Source: a virus. Taken from it: a stretch of 64,000 nt of DNA. The stretch's first letter is position 1. Every line of letters starts with the position of its first letter. Where the stretch lies: IMG/VR virus record IMGVR_UViG_3300027798_003516, positions 31,958 to 95,957 of that record, one strand, 5' to 3'. Made by a program: the position numbers and the translations under genes. Below, piece by piece: positions 9,134-18,720 of the stretch. Under the pieces are notes generated by a model that was not told where the DNA came from, did not search any database, and was given only the letters and a program-made list of their open reading frames with translations.

Positions 9134-9652
9134 TCATTCTTCTACTTGGTTTACAATTACACCAGCCTGCTTTAGGAAATCTGTTCCTGTTGTATTTCTA
9201 TAGTTATCACGATAAAACACTTGTTTGATACCACTTTGGAATACTAATTTGGCACACTCAATACACGGAGCATGAGTAATAAAAATTACAGCACCTTCTG
9301 AACTTTCCGGACTGCGAGCCACTTTGGCAATGGCATTGGCTTCTGCGTGAAGTACTTCGGGTTTGGTTTTCAACCGATAACGACCTTGTATTTCATTACC
9401 ATCGGTGTCCCTATACGATCCTTCATATGGCCAACCAGCTGTAATCTCTTCTGGGTCGAGCCATCCACCACCAGTGCACCACTCGGCCTCTTCGCAGTTG
9501 TTGTCCCAGCCGCTGGGCATCCCATTGTAGCCAATTGAGATGATGCGGTCTTCTTTGACAATGAGCGCACCCACTTGCAGTCTACGAGCCGTACTTAACT
9601 TGGCATAGATCTCTGCCACCCGCATGTGGGCCTTAATATACTTTGGTTTCAT
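9134..9652 (-). CDS. dCMP deaminase
   Basis: IGYNG, HAEANAI, PCIEC. Confidence 0.92.
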   Translation of the reverse strand: MKPKYIKAHMRVAEIYAKLSTARRLQVGALIVKEDRIISIGYNGMPSGWDNNCEEAEWCTGGGWLDPEEITAGWPYEGSYRDTDGNEIQGRYRLKTKPEVLHAEANAIAKVARSPESSEGAVIFITHAPCIECAKLVFQSGIKQVFYRDNYRNTTGTDFLKQAGVIVNQVEE

Positions 9653-9658
9653 ACGATA

Positions 9659-9687
9659 AGTATAACATAATGATTAACAAGTGTCAA
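9659..9687 (-). promoter_or_regulatory. Sigma70-like promoter
   Basis: TTGACA-N17-TATACT. Confidence 0.7.
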
Positions 9688-9697
9688 TAGGAAAATT

Positions 9698-10288
9698 ATG
9701 ATAATTTATATTCACGGTGCCAGTGCCACCGGTGAAAGTTTTACTCACATCAGAGAGCATGTTGGAGGTCCTGACCGAGTCCTGGAATATTCCAGTGCCA
9801 ACGGATTTGCCAACAACCTGGAAATGATGATGGAAGCACTTGAGTCAGTGGACCGGTTATTTTTTGTGGCTCACAGTTTGGGTGGCATCTATGCCTTACA
9901 CTTGGCAGAACATTATCGACATCGAGTGCAGGGAGGAGTAACTCTTAGTACACCATACGGCGGGTGCGTTCAAGCTGACTATGCCAAATACTTCTTACCA
10001 TTCAGTAGACTCATGCGTGATGTTGGTACAATGAGCAAGCCAATGATTGATGCGGCAAAAATACCAGCACCACGGAACTGGACCAATGTAGTTACTACAG
10101 TGGGTGACAGTCCCTGGATTCACGAACCAAACGATGGCGTGGTCACAATTGAAAGTATGCGTTCAAAAACAGACATGGAACTGATTGAAATTGACCTAAA
10201 CCATTACGAAGTTGTTATTAGCAACCGTGTGGTTGACCTTATCAAAGAACGAACTAAACAATTATCGCCTTTTCCTTCGCGTATTTAA
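9698..10288 (+). CDS. Alpha/beta hydrolase
   Basis: YIHG, AHSLGG nucleophile elbow, STPYGG, NDGVV, NH. Confidence 0.85.
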   Translation: MIIYIHGASATGESFTHIREHVGGPDRVLEYSSANGFANNLEMMMEALESVDRLFFVAHSLGGIYALHLAEHYRHRVQGGVTLSTPYGGCVQADYAKYFLPFSRLMRDVGTMSKPMIDAAKIPAPRNWTNVVTTVGDSPWIHEPNDGVVTIESMRSKTDMELIEIDLNHYEVVISNRVVDLIKERTKQLSPFPSRI

Positions 10289-10583
10289 AAAGACTGGTTC
10301 CCCGCTCTCTAACCGAGTCAGCAACCACTTGCGGTGAATCCTCCCACATCTTTCTCATTTCTTCGTATTCATAATCTTCAACAGTATCATATGCCCATAC
10401 TTCTGGAAAGCGTTGGTGGTTGGCCTGTGCTCGTATCACCATCAGGCTGACACGCTGGCCAACACGATCCTTTGGCTTTTTACCAGACAGCACAGTCAAC
10501 ATATCTTCTCCCCTGAGGTCATCCCAAGGTAATAGTGTGTCAACGCCCAATGTATCAAATAAGACTACCCATTGTTTGGCCAT
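10254..10583 (-). CDS. Hypothetical protein
   Basis: Gene run. Confidence 0.6.
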   Translation of the reverse strand: MAKQWVVLFDTLGVDTLLPWDDLRGEDMLTVLSGKKPKDRVGQRVSLMVIRAQANHQRFPEVWAYDTVEDYEYEEMRKMWEDSPQVVADSVRERGTSLFKYAKEKAIIV

Positions 10584-10784
10584 TTAAAAATCTCCTGTGC
10601 GTTGATCTTTTAAAATACCAATTGCCCGCTCAAGGTTTTCCAGTGTTGGATCAGTCATACGCATCAAAGTATTTCCAGTATGCTCGTTGTAGATTGCAAG
10701 ACCAAAACTGCCGTCGGCCTGTGTGATCAACAGCAATTGTTTATCGTTATGCGCTAGTACTTTATATACAGTATAACTGGTCAT
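10584..10784 (-). CDS. Hypothetical protein
   Basis: Gene run. Confidence 0.55.
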   Translation of the reverse strand: MTSYTVYKVLAHNDKQLLLITQADGSFGLAIYNEHTGNTLMRMTDPTLENLERAIGILKDQRTGDF

Positions 10785-11074
10785 GCTACATTCTCCTCAT
10801 CTGGTTTGACTATGATACCTTTGCAATTTGGGAAACGAATTCCAAACTGCTGATTCAATTCATCCATGTCCTTGCCTTGACAAATGAATTCTTCATTGAC
10901 AGCATTGTAAGCAAAGAGCTTGTCACTGTGCGTTTCAATTTTCATAAAAACAACTTTAGACAACAACTGCTGTACATCTTTATGCACTTCGTTGATCTCC
11001 CTTGACACTTTTCTACTCCATAGCCACACCACAAATAGCAGGGCAACACCAACTATCAAGTAGATATCTTCCAT
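10781..11074 (-). CDS. Hypothetical protein with N-terminal TM helix
   Basis: IYLIVGVALLFVVWLW. Confidence 0.6.
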   Translation of the reverse strand: MEDIYLIVGVALLFVVWLWSRKVSREINEVHKDVQQLLSKVVFMKIETHSDKLFAYNAVNEEFICQGKDMDELNQQFGIRFPNCKGIIVKPDEENVA

Positions 11075-11075
11075 A

Positions 11076-11393
11076 TCAATTTCCGTTCAATGGTACTATG
11101 CTGATGACATTCTCAACACGGAAACTACGCCACTCATGCTTGTCTGTGCAAAACACACTCATGACAGTGGGATTGAATTTTTTAACTTTGGGAAAGTCAA
11201 CTGGATTATCTGTATTGGTAAAGTGTGGAGCAGGAATAGGATCGGGTATAAACTCGGCCTTGAGTGTGCAAGGCATAGTGCGTAAGGTACCATCAACCTT
11301 GGTGAAGGTAACTTCTGCAATACCTTTGCCCAAGGCCTCAGTCAGCATATCTCGGCGTTGCTGTAGATTTTCTTTGTCAAATTCAATCATCAT
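11076..11393 (-). CDS. WYL_2 / SH3-like barrel protein of T4-like phages
   Basis: VTFTKVDGTLRTMPCTL...WRSFRVENV. Confidence 0.7.
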   Translation of the reverse strand: MMIEFDKENLQQRRDMLTEALGKGIAEVTFTKVDGTLRTMPCTLKAEFIPDPIPAPHFTNTDNPVDFPKVKKFNPTVMSVFCTDKHEWRSFRVENVISIVPLNGN

Positions 11394-11941
11394 TGTTCCT
11401 TTAATTTAAAATAGTCAAAGTGGTCTTGTAATGTCCATGTAGTTGGATCAATTGCTTGTCCATCGTGCGTGGCAATTGCATCTGTAAAAATATTGTAGCG
11501 TTCAAAGAATATCCACAAGTTTGACGTTGAACTTACCCTGCCACTTTTGTTAAGCGCCAAGTCTTGTTTTTTAGAAACAAAACAAGTGGGCATATTAATT
11601 ACCTGTTCTGCTGTCAATATGCCTTGCAACAACAGGTCCCGAGTCTTGCTGGCTGGAATCACATGCTCAAAGATTTTGGCCTTTGAACTGGCACTTTCCT
11701 TGGTGGCATAATGGCTACCAATGCTACCACGAATTGCATAACCATGGTACCTGCGTAACCAATGATCAATGGCATCGCGGATCAAACGCAGTCGTTGAGC
11801 ACCAGTGGTTGTCCGATACAAATTGACAAGGCGGTTCAATTCAACCACAGTAATCTCAATGGACTCTGTGTAACTGTCTGGGCCTCGCCGAACTTTTGTG
11901 TACGGCGTGGCCACATAGTTGGCAATGGTTTCTTTTAGCAT
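11390..11941 (-). CDS. Hypothetical protein with EHVIP motif (possible HNH-like)
   Basis: IFEHVIPA; has its own promoter. Confidence 0.5.
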   Translation of the reverse strand: MLKETIANYVATPYTKVRRGPDSYTESIEITVVELNRLVNLYRTTTGAQRLRLIRDAIDHWLRRYHGYAIRGSIGSHYATKESASSKAKIFEHVIPASKTRDLLLQGILTAEQVINMPTCFVSKKQDLALNKSGRVSSTSNLWIFFERYNIFTDAIATHDGQAIDPTTWTLQDHFDYFKLKEQ

Positions 11942-11947
11942 AATCTA

Positions 11948-11976
11948 ATTATACTACAAAATGGTCAAAGTGTCAA
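11948..11976 (-). promoter_or_regulatory. Sigma70 consensus promoter
   Basis: TTGACA-N17-TATAAT. Confidence 0.75.
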
Positions 11977-12725
11977 ACAGGTTGTTGCGGAAATACTACA
12001 AATTCTCTAGGCCAGTTTCGATAGGTATGAAACTGTGGTGTGTGGTAAAGTTCACCATCTCCGGACCCTTTCATTTGCAAACTAAAAATCTTTTGATCCT
12101 TTGAACCTACACACCATATGTTGTAGTTGTGGCCAATTCTACTACGACTCATGGTCCAACGACAGTTGGCAGTGATCCAAACCACATACTGATTCACATC
12201 TACAATTTCAATGTAGTTGGTTCTCTTGTTGCGCCATATAAGATAGTCTACAGTATGCCGGTCATTCAACGATTGCAACAACAACTTTGGCAGGACCCCC
12301 GACACGGTAACTTCATTCAACCAAGACAAAACTTCATCCCATGCTGGAATATGATGACTACCAAACCGCTGTCTGCGTTGTTCGCTGTTGGCATGCAGAT
12401 CAATTCCAATGGCCCATGTATTGAACTTGGTCAGATCCGATGTGCCAAACCAGCGTTCTAATTTTTCTATCACAGTTGCAGGCGCATTTAAAGTGCTACA
12501 CATGGCTTTGTGCGTTGTGCCGTGGACCTGTGTATTTCCCCCACTGGCATTTTTTATACTGAAGTAAGTTGGATTGTCAAGTGCATCATATCCTGTCAGG
12601 TCCACCTTTGTACCGGTACTTCCTCCCACTGCAAAAGTTTCTACATTGAAAATGTTTTTTAGTAAAACTTGCAATTGTGCATCGCTTTCATAATTGCGAC
12701 CTTCGTAATATTGTTGACTGGACAT
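11973..12725 (-). CDS. PD-(D/E)xK restriction-endonuclease-like protein
   Basis: GRNYE...TKVDL...FSIKN...TQVH...SLQMKG, reminiscent of HinP1I/MspI-type enzymes. Confidence 0.5.
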   Translation of the reverse strand: MSSQQYYEGRNYESDAQLQVLLKNIFNVETFAVGGSTGTKVDLTGYDALDNPTYFSIKNASGGNTQVHGTTHKAMCSTLNAPATVIEKLERWFGTSDLTKFNTWAIGIDLHANSEQRRQRFGSHHIPAWDEVLSWLNEVTVSGVLPKLLLQSLNDRHTVDYLIWRNKRTNYIEIVDVNQYVVWITANCRWTMSRSRIGHNYNIWCVGSKDQKIFSLQMKGSGDGELYHTPQFHTYRNWPREFVVFPQQPV

Positions 12726-12953
12726 GGTTTATATAACCATGCACCAGTCTCATGTTATGCCATAATAATATTACGAATTTACAGTTTCAAATGGGCTGTA
12801 TTGCTCGCCACCAAGTCGGGTGTCCAACACCCAATTGTTCAGGATGCGTTGCAACGACTCAAACTTGTAATCAACTGCCTTGGGGCGAATTGCTTCAGCT
12901 TGTTTACGATCAAATTCCAAATTCAGTTCGCGGTTGGTTTTCATTGTAGTTCC

Positions 12954-13145
12954 TTAAAGTGATTTAATGTGATTGATAACTTGATTTGCTTCTTTGTAGC
13001 CCGACTCTTCCAATTGAAGATTGTCCATTGCTTCGGCCATCATCTTTTGTGCAATTAATTCAAAATCAATTTTAGTCAGCTTGGGTGAATAAGGTTGTGT
13101 CCACCTAACTGAATATATTGAATGAACTTTCTTTTTATCGTTCAT
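12954..13145 (-). CDS. Hypothetical protein
   Basis: Gene run. Confidence 0.5.
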   Translation of the reverse strand: MNDKKKVHSIYSVRWTQPYSPKLTKIDFELIAQKMMAEAMDNLQLEESGYKEANQVINHIKSL

Positions 13146-13588
13146 GCCGCTACCTTGAGTCCTTCACTGACCAAGCGAAGTTCGTTGTTGCGGCATGTGC
13201 TGTAATACCATACACCGTCTTGCATGACATAAAAGAACTCGCAACCACTACCTTCAAAGTAATCGATGAATGATTTGTAGTCATCAAATACCTTCCAACC
13301 GCAATCTTTTTCTTCACGATCGCGGCCATAAAAGGTTGTCATATCTCCGTAGAGCGATTCGTATTCCTCTTTGGACATGTTAGAATCATATTGACTAAAG
13401 TGGTGCTTGATGCCAATCTCTTTGCCCAATGAACTAATTTGTCCCAGTGCCACTAGATTGTTGGCCCGGCCGCTGTCATAGTGCTGTTGTAAAATAGCAC
13501 CATTGTGTTCGAGGTAGCCGTCCCAATGACAGTATACTGCCTTGATCACACCACCGTGCATGACTGCAATTGCTGAACGAGTTGCCAT
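13142..13588 (-). CDS. Conserved phage hypothetical (YCHWDGY family)
   Basis: MATRSAIA...VYCHWDGY. Confidence 0.75.
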   Translation of the reverse strand: MATRSAIAVMHGGVIKAVYCHWDGYLEHNGAILQQHYDSGRANNLVALGQISSLGKEIGIKHHFSQYDSNMSKEEYESLYGDMTTFYGRDREEKDCGWKVFDDYKSFIDYFEGSGCEFFYVMQDGVWYYSTCRNNELRLVSEGLKVAA

Positions 13589-13590
13589 GA

Positions 13591-13815
13591 TTAATCCTTG
13601 GTAGAGATAGAAAGTTTAAAAAAGATATTGACCAGTACCAACAGTCCCCAGGCCTGTAGCCAGGTAATTTCATTGACACCTGTGATTGCAGAAACCAAAC
13701 AACCATTCCACAACCACATGACTGGCAAGCTCATTATTAGGCCAAACAGCACACCAACAACAACTAAGCCGCCAAAGAATCCTGCTGTCTGTGCTTTACT
13801 ATTCAGTGTGAACAT
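13591..13815 (-). CDS. Small membrane protein
   Basis: Two TM segments, MWLWN...ITWLQAWGL. Confidence 0.65.
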   Translation of the reverse strand: MFTLNSKAQTAGFFGGLVVVGVLFGLIMSLPVMWLWNGCLVSAITGVNEITWLQAWGLLVLVNIFFKLSISTKD

Positions 13816-14087
13816 TATGCATTCTCCAACATTGAAGCTGGTACATTGTAACGACCTTGTGGTGTGTTTACCAGCACAAATTTAATTTTGATTTTGTCAA
13901 CTGTGCCTGTGTAAGTCATACCATTGCGGTTGCTGGTAAACTTGACCTTAGAACCAATTGTGAGTTGGCGTTTGGTTTGGCGAACCAAATTGGCCCGAGC
14001 AAATCGAATTGCATCGCCAATGCTGGTCAGTTGATCATTTGTAAAAGAGCCAGACATGATGGCTGAGTTGATTTCTTGTATAGTCAT
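13815..14087 (-). CDS. Hypothetical protein with SH3/KOW-like C-terminus
   Basis: LTIGSKVKF...GTVDKI...YNVPASML. Confidence 0.6.
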   Translation of the reverse strand: MTIQEINSAIMSGSFTNDQLTSIGDAIRFARANLVRQTKRQLTIGSKVKFTSNRNGMTYTGTVDKIKIKFVLVNTPQGRYNVPASMLENA

Positions 14088-14254
14088 ACCGTTACTCCTG
14101 TTGTATCTTCTGCCACATTTTGGTCTTCCAACCAATCGTATACTATGCCCAAAGGACAGTCCAAAAGTCGAGCAATCTTTGTAGGGTGACACCCTTCAAT
14201 GTACAATTGCTCAATGTCGTATGCCAGTTCTGCCATTTTGCTCATTTGTGGTCC

Positions 14255-14482
14255 TTAGATATAAAAGGTGGTTTTAAAATTACAACGACTGTAAACAATT
14301 TCGCGAACTTCTGTGTCCATTGCTTCGCCAAATTTGTCTTCGTTGCTCAGTGCATCAAGGGCCGTGTAAGTCTCAGGCCAAGTCCAGCGTTTGGCGTGGG
14401 CTCGCTTGACAATGGTTGCCACTCGCTTGTTGCCTGCAACAGTAAACATACCAAAATCTTTGGAAAAATCTGTCTCAAACAT
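14255..14482 (-). CDS. Hypothetical early protein
   Basis: Promoter plus SD AAGGAG before MFETDF. Confidence 0.65.
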   Translation of the reverse strand: MFETDFSKDFGMFTVAGNKRVATIVKRAHAKRWTWPETYTALDALSNEDKFGEAMDTEVREIVYSRCNFKTTFYI

Positions 14483-14512
14483 CGCCAACTCCTTTTTACT
14501 TACTATGCCACA

Positions 14513-14575
14513 ATTATAACGCAGAACCAATACCCTGTCAACCACTCGGGTTATTGGTGTTGTTTATCTGCAACC
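14513..14575 (-). promoter_or_regulatory. Early promoter cassette with degenerate palindrome
   Basis: TTGACA-N17-TATAAT (14541-14513); TGTTGT-TTATCT-GCAACC (14558-14575). Confidence 0.7.
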
Positions 14576-14827
14576 TTGGAAAACATACACACCGTGATGA
14601 TTCATCTGGTACACAGGTGTTGAATACCCTGGGCAAACATGACCTAGGTTACGAGTTGGGCCGCCGGTGTGTCCGTAGTGTGGCACAGGTTGTGCATACA
14701 CCACTCGAGGTTGGGCCAACGAGTAACCAATCACGCCACCCAGCAGGGCCGAGCCCACTGGATTATAGGCACAGCCACTGGTGGCCAAGCTGGCTGTGAC
14801 AACAAGGGCAAGGGCAAGTTTTTTCAT
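14564..14827 (-). CDS. Small lipoprotein with glycine zipper
   Basis: MKK + hydrophobic stretch + LATSGC lipobox; GSALLGGVIG. Confidence 0.65.
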   Translation of the reverse strand: MKKLALALVVTASLATSGCAYNPVGSALLGGVIGYSLAQPRVVYAQPVPHYGHTGGPTRNLGHVCPGYSTPVYQMNHHGVYVFQGCR

Positions 14828-14841
14828 GTCAATCTCCTGGA

Positions 14842-15081
14842 TTAGGCAGAAACTCGAGCATCCATCATTTCGCCAAGGATGAATTTTGCAATGTTCATCT
14901 GCTTGCGAACATATTCAACCGAACGAGGACCTGTGCCCATTGACATCATTTCTTGGCAATCGCTCAGGATGCCCATGGCCACCATTTCAAGTCCAGAGAA
15001 CTTGGCAGTGATGCCATTCATGTATTGTTCACGGATGGCTTGCTCGGACATACCGTAGCAGTTCTTTTCAAATTCTGTCAT
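14842..15081 (-). CDS. Hypothetical early protein
   Basis: Promoter plus SD upstream. Confidence 0.7.
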   Translation of the reverse strand: MTEFEKNCYGMSEQAIREQYMNGITAKFSGLEMVAMGILSDCQEMMSMGTGPRSVEYVRKQMNIAKFILGEMMDARVSA

Positions 15082-15111
15082 CTTTAACTCCTTTTCGTTT
15101 ACTGTACATAC

Positions 15112-15212
15112 AGTATAAGCGATCTAGGCCCAAAGGTCAACCGTTATTTTGAGCCGCTAAGTTGTTGATTTCTAAGGAGATTTTGGGCTATTTCTGTTGT
15201 ATTTTTGCAACA
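15112..15212 (-). promoter_or_regulatory. Early promoter cassette with palindrome
   Basis: TTGACC-N17-TATACT (15140-15112); TGTTGT-ATTTTT-GCAACA (15195-15212). Confidence 0.75.
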
Positions 15213-15216
15213 CCGT

Positions 15217-15492
15217 TTAATTTTGAGCTTTTTTTAGGGGTTTTATATCTTTGATTTTTAGCACAGGTTTAGCTTTTGCAGACTTTTCAAATTCTTTGGC
15301 CAAGTAGTAGGCAATTACTTTGTTGGCAATTGAATGTACTATTGATGTGCTGTCATCATCCAAGGCCCATTGGTAAGGGCTATGTTGCCAGGACTTGGTC
15401 TTTTGAAATGTATGGAAAATATTGCGGTGCTCTGTTTTAGTTGCATCAAAAATTAAAAAAGGCCTAGCATGCAATACAAATGATCGTAACAT
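15217..15492 (-). CDS. Hypothetical protein
   Basis: TTGACA-N17-TATACT at 15551-15523 and SD AGGAG. Confidence 0.65.
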   Translation of the reverse strand: MLRSFVLHARPFLIFDATKTEHRNIFHTFQKTKSWQHSPYQWALDDDSTSIVHSIANKVIAYYLAKEFEKSAKAKPVLKIKDIKPLKKAQN

Positions 15493-15590
15493 TAAATGTC
15501 TCCTGATAGTGTTAGTTCTACTAGTATACCACAAATTTATCTAAATGTCAATTGGGCAAGATGTCCAAAAAAAATGTGATAACTAAGGAT

Positions 15591-16544
15591 ATGAAACAGT
15601 ATTTAACCCGTGAAGAACTAGCCACCTGGCCCAGTGCCGGCAAGGATGGCTGGATCAAAATGAGATTCAACAGGAATTATGAAACACCATACCTAGACAG
15701 TGACATGGATGCATACCTGGTTCCCAATGGGCCAAGTCGGCTCAGAGACATTACAACTGTCAGCAATGAAATTGCCCAAGAGTTATATGACACCTACGGC
15801 AAAATATTTGTTGGAATGAGCGGAGGAATTGACAGCGAATGGGTAGCCAAAAGTTTTCATAGGCAAGGCATTCCATTTACTCCAATCATATACGAAGCAG
15901 AAGACTTACAGGCGTCTGACACTTGGTGGGCACACAAATGGTGTGCTGACAACAATGTCAAACAGATCACATATAAAGAATACATTTCACAATACATAGT
16001 CGGTATTACCGAGCTTGGCAGTCGAGATTGTTTGCGTACTGTTGGTGGTCCATATATCAGCCGCAGGATTGCCAAATACGCAGAAGATCATGGCGGATTT
16101 TTGGTAATGGGAGCTGGATTTCCTGAAGTATTTCCAGACCCAAACATTGGGTACATTGCCGGTCGATTCTTTGACAACAAATTTGTAAATGCAGACGGCT
16201 CCTTGAAGAATGCTGGTTGGCTGTTTCACGAAGCAGACTTTACAATCAACAGGTACTGTGGGAATCATCCTTGGAATTTCCTTAGCTGGAATCCAGAAAT
16301 TGTATTATCATACATCACGCTTCGAACAGAAGGTACCACTGAGTTTAATAAAGCAAGAATCTTTGATTGTTTACCACGACCTAAAAGTACCGGTGTTCCA
16401 GATGTATTTTGGAGATCCAGGCTTCCACTCATTGACAAATGGACAAAGATTAAAAACCGTGTTGGCACAAGCGAATCAGAATTTCTTGGAACAACTGAAC
16501 AGTTGATCGCAATATTGACCACTGGAGATATACATGCAGTCTGA
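15591..16544 (+). CDS. N-type ATP pyrophosphatase (PP-loop; AsnB/QueC/ExsB superfamily)
   Basis: VGMSGGIDSE PP-loop; GATAACTA-N5-ATG. Confidence 0.7.
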   Translation: MKQYLTREELATWPSAGKDGWIKMRFNRNYETPYLDSDMDAYLVPNGPSRLRDITTVSNEIAQELYDTYGKIFVGMSGGIDSEWVAKSFHRQGIPFTPIIYEAEDLQASDTWWAHKWCADNNVKQITYKEYISQYIVGITELGSRDCLRTVGGPYISRRIAKYAEDHGGFLVMGAGFPEVFPDPNIGYIAGRFFDNKFVNADGSLKNAGWLFHEADFTINRYCGNHPWNFLSWNPEIVLSYITLRTEGTTEFNKARIFDCLPRPKSTGVPDVFWRSRLPLIDKWTKIKNRVGTSESEFLGTTEQLIAILTTGDIHAV

Positions 16545-17091
16545 GAAAATTGAGTTTACATTTAAACTTGGATTAATTAACTTGTACCACCCGGTGCCTG
16601 TGAAATTCTCACTGAATGATACAACTGTACACAATTTATCATTGGGTGCCAACAGCAATAGTATCAGTTTTATTACACAGCTAGAAGATAACCAGGCCTA
16701 TTGTCTTAAATTCCAAGTTTCGGCACTGGACAAGCCTGCTAAAATTGTTATTAACAATATTAATGTTAATTGGCCAATTGATACAGAATCGTCAAGATAT
16801 CTAAGACCCGGCTGGCGAGCAGAGAGTCCAAACGAGGTTTGGAATTATACTGATCCGGATGCAGGAAGGAGACAAGAGTTACTGGTTAAGCGAACACAAA
16901 ATATTGATTTAGATTACTTTATTGGGCCGCAGGCTAGTTATATTAAAAAGTTTGGTCGGTTTGAATCAGCCAGCGGCGAAATCACATATTTTTCTAATTT
17001 AAATAAACCATTTGCCATCACTGCTCCTGGCGCATTTAAATTAGATTTTACTTCACCTATTAGCTATTGGTTATACAGAAACTTGTTCTAA
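16534..17091 (+). CDS. Hypothetical protein
   Basis: Overlaps the upstream gene. Confidence 0.65.
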   Translation: MQSEKIEFTFKLGLINLYHPVPVKFSLNDTTVHNLSLGANSNSISFITQLEDNQAYCLKFQVSALDKPAKIVINNINVNWPIDTESSRYLRPGWRAESPNEVWNYTDPDAGRRQELLVKRTQNIDLDYFIGPQASYIKKFGRFESASGEITYFSNLNKPFAITAPGAFKLDFTSPISYWLYRNLF

Positions 17092-17949
17092 CCATTTGCG
17101 GAAATGCAATTTTTGCTCTTCTAGATTGTCTGGATGAATCTCAATGTTGGTCAATTGTTCTGCTTGATTTTTATCCTGTGCCCATGCAGTTTCCCAAACC
17201 CTAGAATTAATTTCCCAATTTTGTGCGCCATATCGAGTATCTTTATACTTGTATACATTGATTTTGGTCAGTGCATCAGAGACTGGGATGCATACAGTAA
17301 TAAACCACGCACCTGGTTGCCATTCTATCATGGTGTAAGGGAAAACTGTGGTCCATGCGGCTGAATACGGCAATGCCCTATCTGCATCCAATAGTGTGCT
17401 GTTAAATTCATTGTCCACTTCAACTCGCGGCACCAATTGAACGCTGGCATTGTCTTTGTAATGCCATTTGATATTGCTAATATTTGGTGCGCTGATTTCT
17501 TGATAAACACCGGGGTGTACAATTGGAATATGATCTACATCTAAAAACAAATCAATTACCTTTTTCCAATGAGCATTGACCGTGTCAATTCTGTTTTCAA
17601 CCAATATTAAATTACGATTATCTAAAAAATTTAGCTCGGTTAAATCTACAGCATCTGAAAATACAAAATTATTTGAAACAAACACATCCTTAGTATCCAA
17701 TGCCAAACTGTTTGGACATTTGGTGTTGCCACTGCCCAATGGCTCACCGTGTAAATCATAGCGCCAGCCGTGGAATGGACACATCCTGTCGCCTCGACCA
17801 GCATCGCCGCGTAACCTGCTTCCTTGATGCCGGCATACATTACTGACCAGCGATAATTTATGGTCGTTGTTGATTAATGCCCAATTTGGCAATTGCGGAT
17901 ACACTCGCCAATGATTGTGTTTGACGTCGGAAACATGACTTAGGAACAT
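17071..17949 (-). CDS. Rieske [2Fe-2S] ring-hydroxylating oxygenase alpha-like protein
   Basis: CRHQG...CPFHGWRY Rieske ligands; DVDHIPIVH and D Fe site. Confidence 0.9.
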   Translation of the reverse strand: MFLSHVSDVKHNHWRVYPQLPNWALINNDHKLSLVSNVCRHQGSRLRGDAGRGDRMCPFHGWRYDLHGEPLGSGNTKCPNSLALDTKDVFVSNNFVFSDAVDLTELNFLDNRNLILVENRIDTVNAHWKKVIDLFLDVDHIPIVHPGVYQEISAPNISNIKWHYKDNASVQLVPRVEVDNEFNSTLLDADRALPYSAAWTTVFPYTMIEWQPGAWFITVCIPVSDALTKINVYKYKDTRYGAQNWEINSRVWETAWAQDKNQAEQLTNIEIHPDNLEEQKLHFRKWLEQVSV

Positions 17950-17966
17950 GTAGATATTTATTGAAA

Positions 17967-17994
17967 AAAATAAGGAACCGTAGTTCCTTATTTT
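17967..17994 (-). terminator. Intrinsic terminator
   Basis: aaaataaggaac-cgta-gttccttatttt with a U-tract. Confidence 0.75.
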
Positions 17995-18010
17995 AGATTT
18001 TAACCTGGAG

Positions 18011-18307
18011 TTAAACTACGGATTCTGATGATGTAATGTTATTTGCTGAGCAATGTGCAATTCTTGCATCTTCGACTGCAACAACTACAGCCTCAGCCTG
18101 ATACTGGGCACAGGCCTCTGGAGTTGTAAAGATCAGTGTTTGTACAAATGTTAACAGATCAGCAGTAGTAGAAATGTTGTGTTCTAGTAGTGTTGGGTTG
18201 GCACCCAGATATTTTGCGTTCAATGCTTCTCTGTGTTCTTTTGGCATTCCAAAATAAAACCCAACTGATGTGTTTGGTCGAATTTGAATTTTTGTTAAAG
18301 TTGTCAT
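18011..18307 (-). CDS. Small protein, paralog of 18321..18644
   Basis: IRPNTSVGFY...CSANNIT. Confidence 0.7.
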   Translation of the reverse strand: MTTLTKIQIRPNTSVGFYFGMPKEHREALNAKYLGANPTLLEHNISTTADLLTFVQTLIFTTPEACAQYQAEAVVVAVEDARIAHCSANNITSSESVV

Positions 18308-18320
18308 TTTATATTATCCT

Positions 18321-18644
18321 TTATTCCATTGGTATTGGGTCATTATCGTCATTGATCAATTCGCCGTGGTAGTCGAGAGTAATATTGTTAGAAATACAAT
18401 ATAACAATCGAGCCTCTTTCATTACGATTGCATCTGCATCAAAAACAAATTCATCAAATGCGGCCTTTGATTTCCAAAAAGAGTAAACTGAAAGAGTTAA
18501 ACCGTCCTCTGACAATTTTGATTGTGTATTTGTTTTACCTGTTTCGGTATATCGAGTTTGATACAAGTCCCTGAATTGGTCCTCAATTGAATAAAACGGG
18601 ACAGAAGTATTTTCTCTAATAAATGTTGCTGTTGAAATTAGCAT
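18321..18644 (-). CDS. Small protein, paralog of 18011..18307 (possible ABM-like fold)
   Basis: IRENTSVPFY...SEDGLTL.VYSFWKSKAAFDEF...CISNNIT. Confidence 0.7.
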   Translation of the reverse strand: MLISTATFIRENTSVPFYSIEDQFRDLYQTRYTETGKTNTQSKLSEDGLTLSVYSFWKSKAAFDEFVFDADAIVMKEARLLYCISNNITLDYHGELINDDNDPIPME

Positions 18645-18720
18645 GTGTTCTCCAATTATCTGGCTTAAAACGCTCTTGACTATTTAGCCAAACAATATAA
18701 TGTTCTACAGTTATTTAGCA

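Noticed and set aside
15156-15176. CTAAGTTGTTGATTTCTAAG motif next to a promoter cassette
   Set aside because: Only one copy seen in the window, so no function can be supported.
18676-18701. TTGACT...TATAAT on the plus strand
   Set aside because: The spacer is only 14 nt.
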